A stretch of 64,000 nt of DNA from Planctomycetota bacterium (GTDB taxonomy: Bacteria > Planctomycetota > JAJSAM01 > JAJVHW01): the NCBI GenBank assembly GCA_965248445.1, contig CBDFJG010000004.1:1024001-1088000 (forward strand), written 5' to 3'. A model generated the notes under the pieces. That model did no database searches and was not told the origin of the DNA. It saw only the letters and a program-made list of their open reading frames with translations. Made by a program: the position numbers and the translations under genes. This document shows positions 8,747-18,321 of this stretch, one piece after another. Each line of letters opens with the position of its first letter. The stretch's first letter is position 1.

Positions 8747-9910
8747 TCAGAACGCGTCGAACGACAGCGTCGCGTCCACGACGCGCTGCATCTGAATGTC
8801 GGTCATGCCGCCGAAGAGCGGGAGGCGGACGAGGCGGTCGGCCACGTCTTCGGTGACCGGGCACTGGCCCGTGCGTCCGCCGAACCGCTGTCCCATCGGA
8901 GACTCGTGCAGCGGCTGATAGTGGAACACCGCGTGTACCGCCTGCTCGCGCAGGTGCGTGATGAAGCGTGTACGGACGGCGAGCGAGGGCAGCAGCACAT
9001 AGAACAGGTGGAACGGCTGCTCGCAACCCTCCGGAATGCTCGGCAGCGTGACGTCGTGTGCCGCGGCCCAGTCGGGCAGGTCCCGCGCGTACTTCTCCCA
9101 AGTGGCGCGGCGGGTGCTCTGGACGCGCTCGCGTGAGAGCAGCTGCCCGTACAGATAGGCGGCAAGCATGTCCGACGGCAGGAAGCTCGATCCGAAGTCC
9201 TGCCACGTGTACTTGTCGACCTGCCCTCGGAAGAACCGGGCACGGTCCGTGCCCTTCTCTCGCAGGACCTCCGCACGCTCCACGTGAGCCGGGTCGTTCA
9301 GGATCAGTGCGCCGCCCTCGCCGCAACTGAAGTTCTTCGTCTCGTGGAAGCTCTGGGTCGCGAGCGTACCGATCGACCCGAGCGGCCGGCCGCGATAGCT
9401 CCCGTAGAGGCCGTGTGCGTTGTCCTCGACGACCGCGACACTATGCTTGTCTGCGACCTTGTTGATCGCATCCATGTCGCAGGCGATCCCGGCGTAGTGC
9501 ACGACGACGATCGCTCGTGTCCGCGGCGTGATGAGGTCCTCGATCAGCCGTTCGTCGATGTTGAGCGTGTCCGGCCGGACGTCGGCGAACACTGGCGTTG
9601 CACCCCGCGTCGCATACGCGTTGGCTGTGGACACGAACGTGAACGACGGCAGGATCACCTCGTCGCCCGTGCCGATGTCCAGCAGGAGCGCGGTCATCTC
9701 CAGGGCATCGGTGCATGACGTCGTCAGGAGGGCCGCGCGGGAGCCCGTGGCCTCGCGCAGGATCTCCTCGCAGAGTCTCGTGTATTTGCCGTTGCCCGCC
9801 GTGTGCATGGAGCGGACCGAGTCCTCTACGAACTCCATCTCGCGGCCGGTGATCCAGGGCCGGTTGAACGTGATCAATTCAGGCGTCAAGTGGTCCGTCT
9901 CGCCAGTCAT
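8747..9910 (-). CDS. wecE: dTDP-4-amino-4,6-dideoxygalactose transaminase (DegT/DnrJ family)
   Basis: LLTTSCTDALEM, PSFTFVSTANA, VEDNAHG, SFHETKN (PLP lysine), EKGTDRARFFRGQVDKYTW, AVFHY. Confidence 0.92.
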   Translation of the reverse strand: MTGETDHLTPELITFNRPWITGREMEFVEDSVRSMHTAGNGKYTRLCEEILREATGSRAALLTTSCTDALEMTALLLDIGTGDEVILPSFTFVSTANAYATRGATPVFADVRPDTLNIDERLIEDLITPRTRAIVVVHYAGIACDMDAINKVADKHSVAVVEDNAHGLYGSYRGRPLGSIGTLATQSFHETKNFSCGEGGALILNDPAHVERAEVLREKGTDRARFFRGQVDKYTWQDFGSSFLPSDMLAAYLYGQLLSRERVQSTRRATWEKYARDLPDWAAAHDVTLPSIPEGCEQPFHLFYVLLPSLAVRTRFITHLREQAVHAVFHYQPLHESPMGQRFGGRTGQCPVTEDVADRLVRLPLFGGMTDIQMQRVVDATLSFDAF

Positions 9911-10060
9911 CCATCTTCTCAGTGGTCCGTCTTCTCGGGCCGTCCCCGACCGGGGGGCCGCAGAGTCTATCCGCCTCTCGAACGGGATGAGCGGGCTTTG
10001 GGACAGCCCGCAGACGCAGAGGATGCGGAGACCCGCAGCGGGCGGTAGCGTCCCGGCGGC

Positions 10061-11395
10061 GTGGGGACGACGAACCGAACCGACGGGGCTGCTGGGTGGA
10101 GATTCCGCCACGTGCTGCTCGCCCTGTTCGTCGCCGCAGTGCTCGCGCGCATCGCGATCGCGGCGGAATGGAACATCCTCACGAATCGGCGCGGTGAGCA
10201 GATCCTCCGGGGGTACGCGTTCTACGTCGAGATGGCACAGGGCATCCTGGCCGGTGAGGGCTTTCACTGGGACATGTACATGGGTCTCGGAGACCGGCTC
10301 GCCAGCCGGCCGCCGCTGTTCATGTACCTGCATGCCGGTCTGATCGCTCTGTTCGGGACGTCTCCCTGGCCGGTCGTCGTCGTCCAGTCGCTCCTCGGCG
10401 GCGCGCGTGCGGTCTTCGTCGGGCTGGCGGGACGCGAGATCGCGGGGCACCGCGTCGGGTTGATCGCGGCAGCATTGGCGGCGTTCTACCCGTACTGGCT
10501 CGGCAATGACGCGACGCTGCTCGAGAACACGCTGTTCGGCGCCCTCGTGGCGGGGGGTGTTTGGCTCGCCGTCCGCGTGCGGCTGCAGCGTGGCGGCGTG
10601 AAGACGATCGTCGTGTGCGGCCTGCTGTTCGGTCTGGCGACGCTGACCCGCGAGATGGTGGGCCTGCTGCTCCCCTTCGTGGCGTTCATGCTCTTGTTCG
10701 CGCCGCGCGAGCGTTCGTTCCAGTCGCGCTTCGTGCTGGTGACGATCCTCACCGCGACCGTGATCGTCACCACGTCGCCGTGGCTGGTTCGCAACCATCG
10801 CGAGGTCGGGAAGGTGGCGCTCTCGACGTCGACGGGACGGGCACTCTGGCTCGGCAACAACGAGCACACGTTCGCCGTGTATCCGGCTACCAGCATCGAC
10901 CAGTCCGAACTCGTCGCGTGGGACGCGATGCCCATCGAGCAGAAGCAGCGTCTGTGGGATGCGAAGCACGACGAGGTCGAGCAGGACCGGATCTTCGGTG
11001 AGATGGCAGGGAAGTGGATCCGCGCCAACCGAGGCGAAGCGCTCGGACGCGGCTTTCGCAAGGTCGGGGCGCTGTTCTCACCGTTCATCAGCGGCGCCTA
11101 TCAACGCACGAGCCTGCTGAGAGAGATTGGCTACACCGGAGGCTACGGCAGCCTCCTGGTGCTGGGACTCCTGGGCTTCGTCTTGGGGTGGCGTCGGCTC
11201 GGCCCGTGGCGACTGCTGACCCTGGGCGCCTTCGGTTCGATCGCGGCCATGGCATTCGTGTTCTGGGGCCAGGCCAGGCTGCGCGCGATCTACGACTTCT
11301 TCCTGATCGTGCCCGCCGCCCTCTGCGTCGATCTGCTGGTGCTTCGCTTCCGGACCCGCCCGCCTGGTCCGCCGGACCCCGCGGCTGTACCCTGA
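10061..11395 (+). CDS. GT-C fold membrane glycosyltransferase (ArnT/PMT_2-like)
   Basis: Multiple TM helices; RPPL, LLENTLF, GLATLTR and PWLVRN motifs; start uncertain. Confidence 0.8.
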   Translation: MGTTNRTDGAAGWRFRHVLLALFVAAVLARIAIAAEWNILTNRRGEQILRGYAFYVEMAQGILAGEGFHWDMYMGLGDRLASRPPLFMYLHAGLIALFGTSPWPVVVVQSLLGGARAVFVGLAGREIAGHRVGLIAAALAAFYPYWLGNDATLLENTLFGALVAGGVWLAVRVRLQRGGVKTIVVCGLLFGLATLTREMVGLLLPFVAFMLLFAPRERSFQSRFVLVTILTATVIVTTSPWLVRNHREVGKVALSTSTGRALWLGNNEHTFAVYPATSIDQSELVAWDAMPIEQKQRLWDAKHDEVEQDRIFGEMAGKWIRANRGEALGRGFRKVGALFSPFISGAYQRTSLLREIGYTGGYGSLLVLGLLGFVLGWRRLGPWRLLTLGAFGSIAAMAFVFWGQARLRAIYDFFLIVPAALCVDLLVLRFRTRPPGPPDPAAVP

Positions 11396-11417
11396 CGTCC
11401 TCGAACGGAGGCCCGTC

Positions 11418-12485
11418 ATGCGTCAGTTCTCCCTGTTCCTGCTCGGCTTTGCGCTGGTGGCCCCTGGGGCGTCGTTCGCGGGCGCGGACGCGCCGAAGCT
11501 CGCCGCCCAAGAAGTCGTGCTTACGCATCGCACGTTCCGCCGCTTCAAGCTGAAGTTGCCGAACGAACAGTGGCGCCGCGTCGGCGACGGCATCCCGGTC
11601 GCGCACGCGGGCGGCGAGCGCTTCGCCGTCAAGGCGGAGGGCAACGCGCTGCTCGTCGACACCGACGGTGACGGGACGACCGACACGCGCGTCGCGAAGC
11701 GCTCAGAGGGACAGGTCGCGCCGCTTGTAGTGAAGCTTCGCGGCAAGCGCGAGGGCGGCGCCGAGTTCGTATACGCCGTGCGGTTGCAACAGGGGGGCAG
11801 CGGCTGGGAGTACGCGCCCGGCGGTGCCGTCCGCGGCAAGCTCGGTGAGACGCTCGTCCAAGTGATCGACCGCAACGGCAACGGCCGCTACGACGACGTG
11901 GGCGAGGACGCGGTGGTCGTCGGACGGGGTCGACACGCCGCCTACCTGTCCGAGTCTTTGCTGGTCAACGGCGAGCTTCACGCGCTCGACGTCGCGGCCG
12001 ATGGCACGCGCCTCGGGCTGCGGCCGTACGAGGGGCCGACCGGCACGCTCGACATGACGTCCGAGTTCGCGTCGGAGGCCAAGCTCCAGACGGCGCTGCT
12101 TCGGAACGCCGACGGGACACACACGTTCGATGCGGCGCAGATGGACGGTCCGACGCGCGTTCCGGTCGGCGAGTACACCCTGGGAGCCGGAATGCTGGCG
12201 CTGGGCGACGGCTCTCTGCGCGTACGCGGCGACTCCGAGCGCGTGATCGCCGTCGAGAAGGATCGTCCGGCGGTGCACGTGTGGGGCGGCCCGGTTCGCG
12301 CCGAGTTCAGCTTCAACGTCGTCGGCGACGAGTTGCAGTTCGACCCGCGCGACGTCTGGTACACGGGCCGCGGCGGTGAGGAGTACCTCGACATGCTACC
12401 GCTCGGTGCGTCTCCCGAGTTCGTGGTCAAGTCGCGTGAGACCGCCGAGGAAATCCTCCGGGTCGCGTTCCCGGGGAGCACGTGA
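11418..12485 (+). CDS. Secreted hypothetical protein; probably extends through a recoded TGA to 12617 (399 aa, candidate selenoprotein)
   Basis: RBS GGAGG, signal peptide, Ca-binding-like DTDGDG and DRNGNGRYDD motifs; the frame stays open with coding-like codons for 43 codons past the TGA. Confidence 0.85.
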   Translation: MRQFSLFLLGFALVAPGASFAGADAPKLAAQEVVLTHRTFRRFKLKLPNEQWRRVGDGIPVAHAGGERFAVKAEGNALLVDTDGDGTTDTRVAKRSEGQVAPLVVKLRGKREGGAEFVYAVRLQQGGSGWEYAPGGAVRGKLGETLVQVIDRNGNGRYDDVGEDAVVVGRGRHAAYLSESLLVNGELHALDVAADGTRLGLRPYEGPTGTLDMTSEFASEAKLQTALLRNADGTHTFDAAQMDGPTRVPVGEYTLGAGMLALGDGSLRVRGDSERVIAVEKDRPAVHVWGGPVRAEFSFNVVGDELQFDPRDVWYTGRGGEEYLDMLPLGASPEFVVKSRETAEEILRVAFPGST

Positions 12486-12514
12486 GGGAGCGGCTTCGTA
12501 CCGGTCGCCGTGCG
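12483..12514 (+). promoter_or_regulatory. Candidate bacterial SECIS element directly after the in-frame UGA
   Basis: Stem CGUAC/GUGCG starts after an 11-nt spacer from UGA; GGUC lies at +18 to +21, similar in placement to the E. coli fdhF SECIS. Confidence 0.5.
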
Positions 12515-12727
12515 CGTGCCGACATCCGATCCCATCGACGTCAGTCTGGTCCTGGACAACTGGGCCCTCGGCAAGGTCGAGGGACGTCCCGTCGACGAGA
12601 CGCAGGACGCCCAGTAGCCACGTCCGCGACGAGCCTCTTCGATGAGGCGTTGGGCGTCCTCGTTGCAGGTGTCCCGAGTTCTACTGGTCCGGGTTCCCCG
12701 ACTCTTGCACTGCGCTACCATGCGCGT

Positions 12728-14338
12728 GTGAAGCTCCCGTGGCTGCTCGGCTCGCTCCTCGTCCTGATGAGCACCTCGACGTTCGCCCAGGACGCCGCCG
12801 GGGACCCTGGCCAGCAGTGGCGCGAGCTGCAGCCCGAGTACGACCGCGCGTTCACGATGGTTCCGATCAGGCGGCTGTTCGGCAACCCCGACAAGGAGTT
12901 GAAGTTGAGCCGCCGGGCGCCCTACACGGCGGCAGCCAAGGCAGAGCTCGCGGCGCGGCGCACGAAGGATCGCCTGTCTCGATCGCAGGCGCTCGCGGAG
13001 CGGAATCTGCGCGATGACATCGTCAAGCGCGTCGCCGCGCTAGGCGACGACCGCGCGGCGAAGCTGCTCATGCGGACGTGGCAGGACCAACTCGAGAACA
13101 TCGAGCTCGCGCAGCGCAACTTCGACCGCTTCGTCGACGCGAACAGCGTCAACATCAACCCCGGCGTCGATCCCGGCGGCGTCTACTGGCAGCGCTGGAT
13201 GGGCAAGCACGAGCTGCCCGCCGCGCGCGGAGTGCTGACCGCGGAGCAGCGTGTGAAGGACCTCGCGCTGGCGGGGTGCGTCAAGCTGATGACGCCGGAC
13301 GTGAAGGACTGGCTCGCGAAGCACGCCGAGTCGCACGAGCAGATCTGGGTCCGCGAGGAGATGGTCGCGGCGCTCGCCAAGAGCAGCGACGTCGGGAACG
13401 TCACGTCACTCGGCCGCATCCTGGACGCGGAGCCGGAGGTGTGGGCGCGTGTGATGATCGTCCTGGCACTCGGCGAGGCGAAGGCGCCAGGAAGCGACGT
13501 CTTCGTTTTGCGCGCGCTAGCCGACGAAGCGTGGCCCGTGCGCTCGGCGGCGATCTCGTCCGTGCGCATGCTGGGGCTACGGGACACCGGCGCGATCGAT
13601 GCGCTCGTGGCGCGGCTCGAGGCCGACGACGGCAAGCTGCGGCTCGAGGCGCGCAACGCACTGGCCGTTGCGACCGGCAAGGGCTTCGGACTCGAGCCCG
13701 AGGAGTGGAGGGACTGGTGGGAGAACGCGCGTCCCGAGTGGAAGGAGCGGGCTGCGCCGACGAAGATCGAGGAGTACACAGAGGGGCTCCCGCGCTTCTG
13801 CGGCAGCGCCACGGCGTCGAAGCGCGTCGTTTTCCTCGTGAGCCGAGGCGCGCACATGGCGGAGCCGACCAAGCGGCGCTCGAACGGCAACGCCGGGCAG
13901 ACTTCGTCGGCGCCCACCGTGGACACGACCCTGCGCATCGCTGCGTGGGAACTCGAGCAGACACTCCAGCGCCTGCCGGAGGATGCGCTCTTCACGGTGA
14001 TCCTGTACGGCGCGGAGCCGAAGCTCTGGTCGAAGAAGCTCAAGGCACCGACGAGGGACTCACGCGCGAAGGCGGTGCGCTTCGTGCGCAAGGCCGCGCC
14101 CGAGGGCCGGAGCGTGCTGGCGACTGCGATGGACGCGACCCTGCGCATCGGTGTCGCAAAAAGGGTAGACGACCTCGCGCTCGCCGGCGTCGGCGACGTC
14201 GACACGATCTTCGTCGTGGGCGGCACGCTCAACGCCGTCGGCTCACTCGGCGGACCGCTCTCCGGCAAGGCAGTCGTACCGCGCGTGCGGCGGCTGCGAC
14301 GCGTGGACATCCGGGTCGTGCGTCCCGGGGTGAAGTAG
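12728..14338 (+). CDS. Secreted HEAT-repeat protein with a C-terminal degenerate vWA-like domain
   Basis: GTG start with signal peptide; HEAT repeats (DEAWPVRSAAI, LRLEARNAL..TGKGFG..WRDWW); SKRVVFLV and FTVILY vWA-like strands without a DxSxS motif. Confidence 0.8.
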   Translation: MKLPWLLGSLLVLMSTSTFAQDAAGDPGQQWRELQPEYDRAFTMVPIRRLFGNPDKELKLSRRAPYTAAAKAELAARRTKDRLSRSQALAERNLRDDIVKRVAALGDDRAAKLLMRTWQDQLENIELAQRNFDRFVDANSVNINPGVDPGGVYWQRWMGKHELPAARGVLTAEQRVKDLALAGCVKLMTPDVKDWLAKHAESHEQIWVREEMVAALAKSSDVGNVTSLGRILDAEPEVWARVMIVLALGEAKAPGSDVFVLRALADEAWPVRSAAISSVRMLGLRDTGAIDALVARLEADDGKLRLEARNALAVATGKGFGLEPEEWRDWWENARPEWKERAAPTKIEEYTEGLPRFCGSATASKRVVFLVSRGAHMAEPTKRRSNGNAGQTSSAPTVDTTLRIAAWELEQTLQRLPEDALFTVILYGAEPKLWSKKLKAPTRDSRAKAVRFVRKAAPEGRSVLATAMDATLRIGVAKRVDDLALAGVGDVDTIFVVGGTLNAVGSLGGPLSGKAVVPRVRRLRRVDIRVVRPGVK

Positions 14339-14509
14339 CGCGCCGGGCGACTCCCGGAAGGCGATGGAGCCTGGGCGGCCGGTAGCTTGCGGCGGCGCCT
14401 GAGCCCGGCAGCGCCGAGCGATCGCAATAGCAACGCTGTCGCTCGTGCGCGCACGCGTGCGTGAGGGGGCTGGACACCGGGCGCTCCGCTCCGCTAAGAC
14501 GGACGGTTG

Positions 14510-16840
14510 ATGCGCACTTCCGCTGCGATCGCCCTCGTTCTGCTCGCGTCGCTCGCGGGGGGGCACGGGGTCGTGAAAGCCCAAGATGCCGAGGCTCCGG
14601 CGGAGTCCGGCCGCTACGGGCGCATCCCGGTGCAGGTCGTCGGAGGGCGGCTGGTCGCGTCGTGCGACCTGTCGACCGAGCGCCGCCGCATCCCCGCGAA
14701 CCTGTTCATCGACCTCGAGGGACCGAGCGGATTGCAGCTGCACAACCGGGCGGTTGGCCGCGGCGCCTTGGAGGCCGAGCTGGGTGGCAACCGGCTCCCC
14801 ATCACCGTGCACTTCCCCGGACTGAACATCACGGTTCCCGGTCGCGAACACGGTGATCAGGAGGCGTGGGAGGACTTCACGAAGTACTACTCCGACGAGA
14901 TCGGTGAGAACGCGGTCGTCGGCGCGATCGCAGGCCGGTTGCTCTCGAAGTACCACCTCGTGCTCGACGTCGGGAACGGCTACCTCGAACTCGCCGAACA
15001 GAAGTCGCCGGGCGCCGCGCTCGAACTCGCGGAGCGCGGCGTGGAGCCGGTTGCGATCGCGGTGAAGAACGACGTGGCTTGGCTTCCTGTGCGCCTGCCC
15101 GACGGTCGCCTCGCGTCGATGGGCCTCGGCACCGCGCGTTTCGACACCCGTATCGATGCGCGGCTTTGTGATGGCCTGGGCCACGCGGCCGGCGACGTCG
15201 GTGCCGTGACCGTCGGCTCGATCGATCTGGCGAGCTACGTCGCGCTGCGACCCGATGACGTGCTCTACGACGGTCCGGACGGCACGGCCGGATTCGTCGG
15301 GCTGAACCTGCTGAAGCACCTGCGCGTGGAGATCGATCTCGTCAATCGGCGGGCGACGGTGCAGGAATCCGTGGCGCCCGACTACCCGCACGCGGACCTC
15401 GCGTTCTTCAAGGCGCTCGTGCAGGACGAGTCGGCCCCGCTGCTCACTTACCTCGACGCGCATCCGGAGTCGCGATGCGCTCAGGAGGCGTCCGTCAGAC
15501 TCCTCGACCTCTGCATCGAGGAAGACGCGCCGGAGGAGGCCGTCCGGGCCGCCGTCGGGTGGGTCCAGAGGACACAACGGGAGAACCTGCGTGCCACCGC
15601 CGCCCTCGATCTCTGCGAGGAACTCGCTTCCGCAGGCAACGTCGCGGAGGCGGTCCTCGTCGCAGAGGCCGGCATCCCCGACGGCCGCAAGGACCGCTAC
15701 CCGGAGTCGGTGCACAAGCTGCACGCGAGGATCGGCGCGTTGCTGCTCGACGCGGGCGAGGGCAAGCGTGCTTGGAAGCACCTGCTGTCCGCGGCGTTCG
15801 GCGAACCCGAAGACGGTCTCGTCAACTTGCACCTCGGCCGGTACTACGAGGAGGCTGGACGCCTGAAGCGCGCGTTCTCACGCTACGTGCAGGCGTCCAT
15901 CAAGCCGGAGAGCGGCGCGCGCGCGCTCGAGGGGCTGGCCCGCGTGCAAGACCAGCTCGGCGGCGCGACTCTCGACGTGGACGAGATCGAGCGGCTGATC
16001 GAGGGGAAGGTCCAGAACTACACAGCGGCCACGAAGTTCGAGCAGACCGACGAGAACAGCACGAATCGGATCAGTCTCGTCGAGTTCTTCACGTCGCCGC
16101 ACATCCTGCCCGTGCAGGGCGGGCTCGGCGGCGCGCTCGGCAACGAGGGCGTGATCACGCACTTCGGTCGAGAGCACGTTGCAGCGCTCGCGTATCACCT
16201 GCCGTCGCCGCAGCTGTCGCCGCTGTCGAACGCGCTCGGCTCCGCGCAGGCGCGTTTCTACGGTCTCGGCGGCCCGGCGCACGTCGTCGACGGCCAGCCG
16301 AAGGCCGCGGGCCTCGCGCGGTCCGACGAGGGCGAGAAGCTGTACCGCGAGGTGCGGCAGTCCGTCCGCGAGGCGATGCTCACGTTCTCGGACTTCGACC
16401 TCTCGATCGAAGGCGAGGTCGCCGACGGCCACGTGCGCGGAACGGTCACGGTGGACGGGCCCGAGGCACCGGGCGTCCAACTGCTCGTGATCCTCGTCGA
16501 GCGCGGTGTCCTGTACCCCGGGAAGAGCACGGTGGTGGTCCACCGTCTGGTCGCTCGCGGTCCGCTCACGCCCTCGCTAGAAGGCGAGCCCTACGAACCC
16601 GTGGACGGCAAGATGAAGTACGAGTTCGACCGGCCTCTGGCAGAGATCGACCAGGCGAACGAGGCGTACCTCGACTCGCTCCAGCGCAGCGGCGCCGGAT
16701 CCGTCGAGCGGGTCTCGATGCAGATCGACCCGAAGCAGGTCTCGATCGTCGCGTACCTCCGCGCAACCGAGTCGAAGAAGGTCCTTCAGGCGGTGCAGTT
16801 GAACCCGCGCGGCGCAGAGCCCGACGAGGCCGACGAGTGA
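14510..16840 (+). CDS. Secreted multidomain protein: tandem retropepsin-like domains, TPR region, thioredoxin/Omp28-like C-terminus (catalytic motifs degenerate)
   Basis: Signal peptide; GAIAGRLLSKYHLVLD and GFVGLNLLKHLRVEID; TPR DGLVNLHLGRYYEEAGRLKRAFSRY; SLVEFFTS...LAYH. Confidence 0.7.
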   Translation: MRTSAAIALVLLASLAGGHGVVKAQDAEAPAESGRYGRIPVQVVGGRLVASCDLSTERRRIPANLFIDLEGPSGLQLHNRAVGRGALEAELGGNRLPITVHFPGLNITVPGREHGDQEAWEDFTKYYSDEIGENAVVGAIAGRLLSKYHLVLDVGNGYLELAEQKSPGAALELAERGVEPVAIAVKNDVAWLPVRLPDGRLASMGLGTARFDTRIDARLCDGLGHAAGDVGAVTVGSIDLASYVALRPDDVLYDGPDGTAGFVGLNLLKHLRVEIDLVNRRATVQESVAPDYPHADLAFFKALVQDESAPLLTYLDAHPESRCAQEASVRLLDLCIEEDAPEEAVRAAVGWVQRTQRENLRATAALDLCEELASAGNVAEAVLVAEAGIPDGRKDRYPESVHKLHARIGALLLDAGEGKRAWKHLLSAAFGEPEDGLVNLHLGRYYEEAGRLKRAFSRYVQASIKPESGARALEGLARVQDQLGGATLDVDEIERLIEGKVQNYTAATKFEQTDENSTNRISLVEFFTSPHILPVQGGLGGALGNEGVITHFGREHVAALAYHLPSPQLSPLSNALGSAQARFYGLGGPAHVVDGQPKAAGLARSDEGEKLYREVRQSVREAMLTFSDFDLSIEGEVADGHVRGTVTVDGPEAPGVQLLVILVERGVLYPGKSTVVVHRLVARGPLTPSLEGEPYEPVDGKMKYEFDRPLAEIDQANEAYLDSLQRSGAGSVERVSMQIDPKQVSIVAYLRATESKKVLQAVQLNPRGAEPDEADE

Positions 16841-18321
16841 CAACGCTCACCGATCTTCGCGCGCGCCTCGAGCGTGCGGCCGAGGCGCCGCGTGCTGCGC
16901 TCCGTGATGCACGCGGCACAGGCGCCCGCCGCGCCGCTCTGGAGACGGCCCTTCCGTACGTCGAGGTGGTGCCTGCTCTGGCGCTCGTCATCGCGTTCCT
17001 GTCCACGCTGGGGCTCCCGGTCCCCCTGCCGCCTTGGTGGGTGTTGCTCGCGCTGACCGTCGTCCCCGTGGCCGCGTTCGTCTGGCATGGATGGTGGAGC
17101 GCCCGCTCCGCGCCCGCAGGCGTCATGGACGGCCTGGCACTGCTCGACCGCGAACTCGACATCGACGACCAGTTGCAGTCCGCGTACTCGCTCTCGCGCG
17201 TCGCCGCGCCGTCATCGTTCGTCGTCGCGGCGATCGAGGATGCCGAGCCGCACGTCGAGCGCGCCGCAGCAACCACGGTGTCGCCGTCAGCGTCGTCGTC
17301 CCCGCTCTCTGCGCGGGCCCTCTGGGCCCCGCTGCTCGCGGCTGCGATGTTGTTGATCGCAGTTCTCGTGGGCGGCGGTACCTGGGACGTGGGCGATGAC
17401 GCCGGACAGGACGTCGCGGACGCGCCCGCGCCGTCCGCGGGACCGCTCGATGCCCCCGAAGAGGGCGGCGGCGATGCGGAGGACTCCGCCGAGCGTGCGG
17501 CGCGCAGAGCGTCGCGCCTGAGCGCCGTCGAGACGGAGGCCGAGGAGTCCGACGCGCACGCGCTGCCCGATGAGGCGCGCTCTTCCAAGGGCACCGGCGG
17601 GGCCGGGGAGTCTGCCGCGGCGTCCGACGCGCAGGGCGCGAGCCAGGCGCGCGGTATGCCTTCGGGACAGGCCGAGTCCTCGACTCCGCCCGAACGGCGC
17701 GCCGCGCGGCGTCCCCCGAAGAAGAAACGGGACCGCGACGACGAGCCGCCACCGCCTCCCAAGGAGGACAAGGAGGGTGACTCCGGCGCGACCGCCGGCA
17801 GCGGTGCCTCCACGGGATCCAATCGAAACCCTGCAGTGTCCGACTGGTCGAGCAAGGACCACGTTCCCGAGACAGAGGACGACCCGCTCGAGGACGACGA
17901 GGACGTCGACGACGAAGATGATGAGCAGGACAACCGGGGCGGCGCGCAACCGATGCTGCGAGACCGCAAACCGCCGGTGAACCGCGACCTCACGATCGGA
18001 TTTGGAAACCGTCCGAGTCCTGATGCGAACGGCCGTGGCGGCCCGTCACAGATGAAGAAGTCCCGCGGCGTGGCGTCGCTGATCCTCGGCGTTCCGATTC
18101 CCGATCACGTCAAGGGGCAGCAGAGTCCCGGCCGCACGAAGGTAACCCAGGAGCGGGTAGAGCCGCGCGAGGACGATGCTCCGCGCGTGACGGCCGAACA
18201 GCGTACACCGCGCGCAGGTCCGGCCGGCGCCGTCGTCCATCCGGAGCTGGGGTGGACGCTGCGCGATCTCGTACGGACCTACTTCCTCACATTGCGTGAG
18301 CAGGAGAACACGAAGCCATGA
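16837..18321 (+). CDS. Membrane-anchored protein with an acidic/disordered C-terminal half (MoxR-operon partner)
   Basis: GTGA overlap; N-terminal TM helices, LDRELDIDDQLQSA motif, D/E/G/S-rich tail ending LVRTYFLTL. Confidence 0.75.
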   Translation: MTTLTDLRARLERAAEAPRAALRDARGTGARRAALETALPYVEVVPALALVIAFLSTLGLPVPLPPWWVLLALTVVPVAAFVWHGWWSARSAPAGVMDGLALLDRELDIDDQLQSAYSLSRVAAPSSFVVAAIEDAEPHVERAAATTVSPSASSSPLSARALWAPLLAAAMLLIAVLVGGGTWDVGDDAGQDVADAPAPSAGPLDAPEEGGGDAEDSAERAARRASRLSAVETEAEESDAHALPDEARSSKGTGGAGESAAASDAQGASQARGMPSGQAESSTPPERRAARRPPKKKRDRDDEPPPPPKEDKEGDSGATAGSGASTGSNRNPAVSDWSSKDHVPETEDDPLEDDEDVDDEDDEQDNRGGAQPMLRDRKPPVNRDLTIGFGNRPSPDANGRGGPSQMKKSRGVASLILGVPIPDHVKGQQSPGRTKVTQERVEPREDDAPRVTAEQRTPRAGPAGAVVHPELGWTLRDLVRTYFLTLREQENTKP

